From NCBI GenBank assembly GCA_041389025.1, contig JAWKSP010000002.1:21246-85245 (forward strand): 64,000 nucleotides of DNA, read 5' to 3'. Positions 58,799 to 64,000 of the stretch are shown in pieces. The position numbers and the translations under genes were made by a program. Under the pieces are notes generated by a model, which worked only from the letters and a program-made list of their open reading frames with translations, searched no databases and had not been told where the DNA came from. Within the stretch, counting starts at the first letter, position 1. Each line of letters opens with the position of its first letter. Source of the DNA: Minisyncoccota bacterium. Lineage in GTDB: Bacteria; Patescibacteriota; Minisyncoccia; Phycocordibacterales; UBA918.

Positions 58799-58807
58799 TT
58801 ATTTAGT

Positions 58808-60670
58808 CTACCAATCTGTAGAACTAGATATCACTGCATAGAAGGTGTTTAGCCCCGTGTATGAACCTGCCAGAGTAATGGTGGCCGGTACTTCAATTCC
58901 CCAGTATGTTATTCCTGAATTTGGAGTAGATGTTGAAGTGGTCTTCGGTACTTTTAATTCTAGCATTTGCGGTGATGATGATGACATATCAATTCCTGAG
59001 CCATACGATACTGATGATGTGGCAAATTCCTGTTTAAAGTCTGGAATGGTTGAAGTAGCTGAATTCTCACACTCGTTACCGACAGCAAAAGTGGTACACA
59101 TAGCCTCTCCCTCAATATTTTCATTTAGACCGGTGTTTCCTACGGATCTAACGGTGGTTGTAGCGTTTAGGGTTCCTGTATTATTGCCCGGTTCCAGAGC
59201 TCCGTACGGTATCTCAGCTGTCAGTAGATCAATCGCTGGGAAACTTAATAATTCAACGGTGTTACTACTCAGAACTTTTGTTCCGGTGGCATTATTATCA
59301 TCTATTCCACTAATAGCTGCTATCCAAACATCTGTGTCGTAAGGTGAGGTAGAGTCTGTTGGTTGTGCCACAAACCATAATGGAAATGTACATGACCAAC
59401 TTATGGTAGCGTCGGTCGGACCACCGCAACTGGTTGATGAAGCGGTACAAGAGAGATTCCAAGTGGTAGTCGCTAAGCTACTTGGGTAACAGTTGTTTGG
59501 ATTGTATGATCCGGTTGTTCCATCACAGGTTGATGTTCCGATAGAATTTCTAAATAATGCCACTTCATAACTAACCATCTCGTCCCCTGACAGAGCATTT
59601 TCACAACTGTTGGCATCTGAGGTCTCAAAATCAAGGGTAAATCCGGTAGTCTCTCCCGAATCAACACTTAAAGTTATGTCTGAACCGCCATTGATAGAAA
59701 CTGTTCCGGCAGGAACTGTGGGAGCTACGTTATTTACAGTAAAACCTACATTAGTACCATGAGCTCCACCTTGAGCTTGATGTCCATGTTCATCAACTAT
59801 GAACCCCCAAGCATCATAGACATCGTCTTGGATAATTGACGGTAATGTGTAACTAGTAGTAGCGTTGTCATGCATAGCAATAGTTGTACTGGAAATTGTC
59901 CCACCAGCACCACAGTCCACTGTCGATGTACCAGTTCCAAAATCATTTGCGTTACATACAACTAGGTATATTTGGTCTGAAGAATCAACTGTGTCGGGAT
60001 CAGATGAGGTTGAGAAAAAACTAAAGATAGAGCCCGGGTCAGCAGGTGAATTGTTGTAAAAACTAGAAAATACCGGTCTGTGGTTTACTAAAAATGGTGA
60101 TGAGTTAGTGGCATTTAAACCTTGTGAGTAAGTATCGTTACAACGAGGATTGACCGGATCATCGTCACATACCCATGCGTACCAGTTATTCGACTCACTA
60201 AAGCTTTCTGTGGTTGTTGTAGCCGCGACTGCAGTAGAAAGAGCTGCAGTAGCTGTTGATACAGCCCATTGAGTAGCTGTACCATCACAATCAGGTGGAG
60301 CTGTACCCAAGTCATTTAAAGATGCGGCGGCGTTGGGAGTTGGAGTGGCGCTGTTGCTACATATCAAAAGGAAATATGGGGCAGAACCGGAATTGTCAGC
60401 CACTGCTGTCCAAGACACATTCTGCCCGGAGTTAGTAGGTGTACTAGTGGATGATTCATTGGTTTCGTAGGCTAGTGTTTGCCATTGCGGAGGAGTATTT
60501 AGAACAGTCAGGGTGGTCGTGGCAGATTGGGCTTCCACCTTTAACAACTCGGTCTTTCCAGCATTAAAGAGAAAAACCATACTTACCACAACCAATCCAA
60601 AGACTGAAGTGAGTATGGTTATTTTTCCCGCTGTCATTAGTTGTTTTTTTTCTGATAAATAATTGAACAT
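58808..60670 (-). CDS. Secreted Cys/Thr-rich protein with WxL/pilin-like C-terminal domain
   Basis: N-terminal TM/signal, many paired Cys, IPYGAL motif and C-terminal TYWGIEVP...GSYTGLNTFYAV. Confidence 0.7.
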   Translation of the reverse strand: MFNYLSEKKQLMTAGKITILTSVFGLVVVSMVFLFNAGKTELLKVEAQSATTTLTVLNTPPQWQTLAYETNESSTSTPTNSGQNVSWTAVADNSGSAPYFLLICSNSATPTPNAAASLNDLGTAPPDCDGTATQWAVSTATAALSTAVAATTTTESFSESNNWYAWVCDDDPVNPRCNDTYSQGLNATNSSPFLVNHRPVFSSFYNNSPADPGSIFSFFSTSSDPDTVDSSDQIYLVVCNANDFGTGTSTVDCGAGGTISSTTIAMHDNATTSYTLPSIIQDDVYDAWGFIVDEHGHQAQGGAHGTNVGFTVNNVAPTVPAGTVSINGGSDITLSVDSGETTGFTLDFETSDANSCENALSGDEMVSYEVALFRNSIGTSTCDGTTGSYNPNNCYPSSLATTTWNLSCTASSTSCGGPTDATISWSCTFPLWFVAQPTDSTSPYDTDVWIAAISGIDDNNATGTKVLSSNTVELLSFPAIDLLTAEIPYGALEPGNNTGTLNATTTVRSVGNTGLNENIEGEAMCTTFAVGNECENSATSTIPDFKQEFATSSVSYGSGIDMSSSSPQMLELKVPKTTSTSTPNSGITYWGIEVPATITLAGSYTGLNTFYAVISSSTDW

Positions 60671-60765
60671 AAATAAATTGCCTACCTATTAAACTTTTTT
60701 ATATTTTAACTAATGTTTATTTTTTAGTGATGTAGTTATACACATTTTATACACAGTTTAAAAAA

Positions 60766-61974
60766 TTATTCATAACGAATAGCATCAAGTGGATTTAAAG
60801 TTGAGGCTCGCCTAGCCGGAAAAACACCTGTCAAATAACCAACTGCCGCTGAAAATAAAGCAATGAAGGTCAAAAACCCAAGCGGGAAAGAAAATAACGT
60901 AACGGCCTGTCCACCAAACTGGCTGGCTAAAATATTTAAAAATAGATTTATTGTTAAACCGATTAAAACACCCATTAATATTCCAGTAATACCACCCAAA
61001 AAACCTACTACAATTGACTCTGAGATAAAAAGATTTTTAACATCCTTTGGCGAAGCACCAATGGTTCTCATGATTCCAATCTCTTTTGTCCGTTCCAATA
61101 AAGTAACTGTCATAGTGTTAAACATACCGATAGCTGACACCACCAGAGCGATACCACCAAAAGTGGCTAAAACTACTTGTATGCCTTGAAATATTTTTGA
61201 TGCCTGTTCTACAGTTTTTGATAGTGCGGTAACTCTGTAGCCTTCCTCTATTAATTTTTCTTCAACGATTGGTAAATTTTCATTGGTGTCCACACGGACT
61301 TGCACTCTCTCATACTGCTCAATACCTACGTGACTTCTTAACTCAGGAAGCATCATCATACTATTTAAAACCGCCTCTTCCTTGGTAATACCTTTCACCA
61401 CATATTCTTTATCAATCGGAACCTCTAATACAGCATCCGTACCATCTTCAGCTGGAACTAACAATCGAAACGAAACTTTTTGACCAACAAAAGACTCAGG
61501 GTCATCAACACCAAAAAGCTTTAGAACGGCTGGCGACAACATGACTGAATTAGCATCTCCAGCATCTTCTTCTGTAAATACATCACCAGCTGTAGCGGTT
61601 ATCCCGGCGTATTTCAAATATGGTGGTTCAACTCCTTGAATAAAAACATTACCGGTCAAACCTTTATACGTCACCAAAGCCGGAAACCTAGCTAAAGGTG
61701 CCACGTCGACCACCTCAGGCATTTCTTTAAATTTTTGAACGGTGTCGCTATTTAAAGTAAGATTCTGACTTCCGGTAGCCGACACCCCAAGTGACAGCAG
61801 AGTTTCACCAAATACAATCTGCTCTAATATAATTTTCTGTAAACCAAAACCAAGTCCTACCAACACAACCACCGCTCCGGTACCAACCCCCATACCAAGA
61901 ATAGTCAACCATGTACGCATTGGGTTGGTCTTAAACATTCTGGTTGAAAGTTGTGCTAAATCTTGTACTCGCAT
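60766..61974 (-). CDS. ABC transporter permease (MacB/FtsX family)
   Basis: RTWLTILGMGVG, large extracytoplasmic domain, NTM..LERTKEIGIMRTIGA, PARRAS.LNPLDAIRYE. Confidence 0.93.
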   Translation of the reverse strand: MRVQDLAQLSTRMFKTNPMRTWLTILGMGVGTGAVVVLVGLGFGLQKIILEQIVFGETLLSLGVSATGSQNLTLNSDTVQKFKEMPEVVDVAPLARFPALVTYKGLTGNVFIQGVEPPYLKYAGITATAGDVFTEEDAGDANSVMLSPAVLKLFGVDDPESFVGQKVSFRLLVPAEDGTDAVLEVPIDKEYVVKGITKEEAVLNSMMMLPELRSHVGIEQYERVQVRVDTNENLPIVEEKLIEEGYRVTALSKTVEQASKIFQGIQVVLATFGGIALVVSAIGMFNTMTVTLLERTKEIGIMRTIGASPKDVKNLFISESIVVGFLGGITGILMGVLIGLTINLFLNILASQFGGQAVTLFSFPLGFLTFIALFSAAVGYLTGVFPARRASTLNPLDAIRYE

Positions 61975-62133
61975 TAGATGAAGAAATGGGCGTGGTGACT
62001 ATTCTGAATTTACGTCCCAATTTTTTATTTCCTTAAAAAATTACTGGACGTTGAAGGTCGAACGCTCATAGAATTACGAACCTATAATACAATTATTCTA
62101 CCACTACACATTAAGCAAATAATTAGTTACTCA

Positions 62134-63456
62134 CTAACTTTTATAACTAACATCCACACCTTGTGCTATTACTTTTTCAAAATAACGAGTTAGATCATCG
62201 GCTTCTTTCTCGCTTAAACCTAGACCATTACTCCTTATTCCTTTTGATAGGTTTTCATTAAACTCATCTTCTTCAATAACTCCAGTTACTCTGTCGGCTA
62301 TCATTTCAATTAGGTTTTCGTCTTGTTTTTTATTTAACTTTATATGATGTGTGCTTTGTAAATGATGCCTTAGTCGCTCCGCCAGCTTATGTTGACTAAA
62401 GAAAATTTCGTTATTGTCTTTTTTGGCTCTAAAACGCCGAATATCATCAGCTTGTTCCATCAATTTTTCTGCAGTACTGGCCATTTTTTTAGCATCTGCC
62501 TCAAGCACCTCTACACCTCCCCTTTCAAATGGTAAAACCAATCCTTTGATAAAGGTTTTTTTATCAATTTTTCCTTTTATAAAAAGACCGATTGCATGCT
62601 CTAGTCTCACTAATTGTTTATAGGTGTATTTTTGAGTAAGGAAATTCACCATACTCTTAACTCGCAGAGTGTCTACTGAATCATAAGGATAGAGTCTGGC
62701 CAATTGCTCTAACTCTGTTACTATCGTCTCCCCTTCTTTTACCGGTTTTATTTGCTTACGCTGAGGATTTACCACTTCACGCACAATATGACCGTCTTTT
62801 AAATAATAAACACGATGCGCGTAACTCAAATGAGCGGCGTTATGCGACACCATAATAATAGTACGACGATCAAAGGTGTTAATCTCGTCAATTTTATCCA
62901 TTACCTGCTGAGTCGATACTGAGTCTAAGTTACCCGTTGGTTCATCAGCTAAAAGAATTTTTGGGTCATTTACCATCGAGCGTGATACTGATACGCGTTG
63001 TTGCTGACCTCCTGAAAGCATGGCTGGAACTTTGTGTGACACATGCCCTACCCCAAAACGATCCAACAATGACTGCGCTCGTCTTTCACGAGAAGTTTTA
63101 TCGGCATCACAGAAAATCATCGGTAAAGCCACATTATCCAATACTGAAAGAGATGGAATTAGGTTAAAAGATTGAAATATAATACCCATCACATAACGTT
63201 GAAAGTAGACACGCTCTTCAGGCGGATAAGAATATATATCATCACCGCGAATTAAAAGCGTACCTTCACCAGGTGGTAAGGAACCTTGAATTGCATACAT
63301 CAGAGTTGATTTACCCGAGCCTGAAGCACCAAAAAGAATGATGTACTCACCTTCGTAAATATCGGTATTTACACCTGTCAAAGCTTTAAACTCGTTTGAC
63401 TTACCTTTATTATAAATAATTGATAAGTCACGACAAACAATCAGCGGTTTCGCCAT
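62134..63456 (-). CDS. ABC ATP-binding protein (LolD/MacB-like) with ~210-aa C-terminal extension
   Basis: GASGSGKST, LSGGQQQR, ILLADEPTGNLD, VSH. Confidence 0.93.
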   Translation of the reverse strand: MAKPLIVCRDLSIIYNKGKSNEFKALTGVNTDIYEGEYIILFGASGSGKSTLMYAIQGSLPPGEGTLLIRGDDIYSYPPEERVYFQRYVMGIIFQSFNLIPSLSVLDNVALPMIFCDADKTSRERRAQSLLDRFGVGHVSHKVPAMLSGGQQQRVSVSRSMVNDPKILLADEPTGNLDSVSTQQVMDKIDEINTFDRRTIIMVSHNAAHLSYAHRVYYLKDGHIVREVVNPQRKQIKPVKEGETIVTELEQLARLYPYDSVDTLRVKSMVNFLTQKYTYKQLVRLEHAIGLFIKGKIDKKTFIKGLVLPFERGGVEVLEADAKKMASTAEKLMEQADDIRRFRAKKDNNEIFFSQHKLAERLRHHLQSTHHIKLNKKQDENLIEMIADRVTGVIEEDEFNENLSKGIRSNGLGLSEKEADDLTRYFEKVIAQGVDVSYKS

Positions 63457-63509
63457 GTATATATTATGGCATTTCTATAAAAGTTTAGTTCGTTTATATC
63501 CCCAAACAA

Positions 63510-63998
63510 CTATCCGCCAATATTTTTGACCCAACCAAACGTACTTTCAAAGTTTTCGATAATCAAATCGATGATATTTTTCTCTTGAATCGGAGTGAAC
63601 AATACAAAATTTTCAGACTGAGCTTTATTACCAGCCTGATCTTCGCAATTCAACCAAAACTGATAAACCGTGGCCGGTGCAAAATCTATAACAACCTCAA
63701 CATGGCTGGTGTTGTACTCAATACTTTCTTTTTCAATAGTAGTCGGTTCTGTTCCTCCAGCTACTCCTTCACGATAAGTCATTAGACAGGAAGCGGACTC
63801 GTCTGTCACCCATTCAATAATAGTCTGAATTCGTGATTCACCTCCAGGAAACAAGGTGGACTCATTTGTCACATTAGAAATTATCGGTGCAGCAATATCT
63901 CGCACAGTCACAAACTGAATCGGCTGACTCTTTACACGGTCTCCGCCGGAGTTTTCTGATATCACATAAGCCACATATCTCGTCCCAAGGGTAAGGTC
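63510..63998 (-). CDS. FN3-domain protein, C-terminal part (5' end beyond the window)
   Basis: Frame open to the window edge; IEWVTDESA..Y..HVEV..PATVYQF..EDQAGN. Confidence 0.7.
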   Translation of the reverse strand, partial: DLTLGTRYVAYVISENSGGDRVKSQPIQFVTVRDIAAPIISNVTNESTLFPGGESRIQTIIEWVTDESASCLMTYREGVAGGTEPTTIEKESIEYNTSHVEVVIDFAPATVYQFWLNCEDQAGNKAQSENFVLFTPIQEKNIIDLIIENFESTFGWVKNIGG

Positions 63999-64000
63999 AG

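Noticed and set aside
56647-59342. Long antisense ORFs (e.g. 56647..57291, 58845..59342)
   Set aside because: Shadows of Ser/Thr/Gly-rich minus-strand genes; no independent motifs.
60736-60755. Replication origin
   Set aside because: Only two adjacent DnaA-like boxes in a ~95-nt gap, and no dnaA/dnaN nearby.

Overview
AT-rich bacterial window, most consistent with Patescibacteria/CPR (Parcubacteria-like). This is inferred from gene content, mostly SD-less starts and typical secreted-protein families; translation table 11. (1) 1-3.5 kb is an accessory edge: a Zn-ribbon protein, a membrane protein, an RxxxxH (HEPN-like) protein, a tRNA-Glu-like 3' end, and a foreign-looking gene between two ~174-bp structured direct repeats next to a large nested palindrome. 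(2) 3.6-18.9 kb is housekeeping: EEP hydrolase, pyk, pyrD and a stop-interrupted pyrC, an RND pump, a PiT-like protein, an FAD oxidoreductase, PMM/PGM, two tRNA-Ala and a divergent ddl. (3) 18.9-26.1 kb is a tandemly duplicated two-gene surface-protein module. (4) 26-39.6 kb holds uvrC/A/B, a receiver protein, tgt, FKBP, CapA, AI-2E, a Cys-less TlpA and DsbA. (5) 39.6-64 kb is the most notable part: a co-oriented cell-surface locus. It combines three DUF916/chaperone-like membrane anchors, three secreted proteins with a WxL/pilin-like C-terminal domain (one of 2056 aa), cohesin- and dockerin-like proteins without any recognisable CAZyme, and a MacB-type ABC transporter. Several frameshifts may be assembly errors. 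All family calls come from reading motifs by eye; no searches were run.
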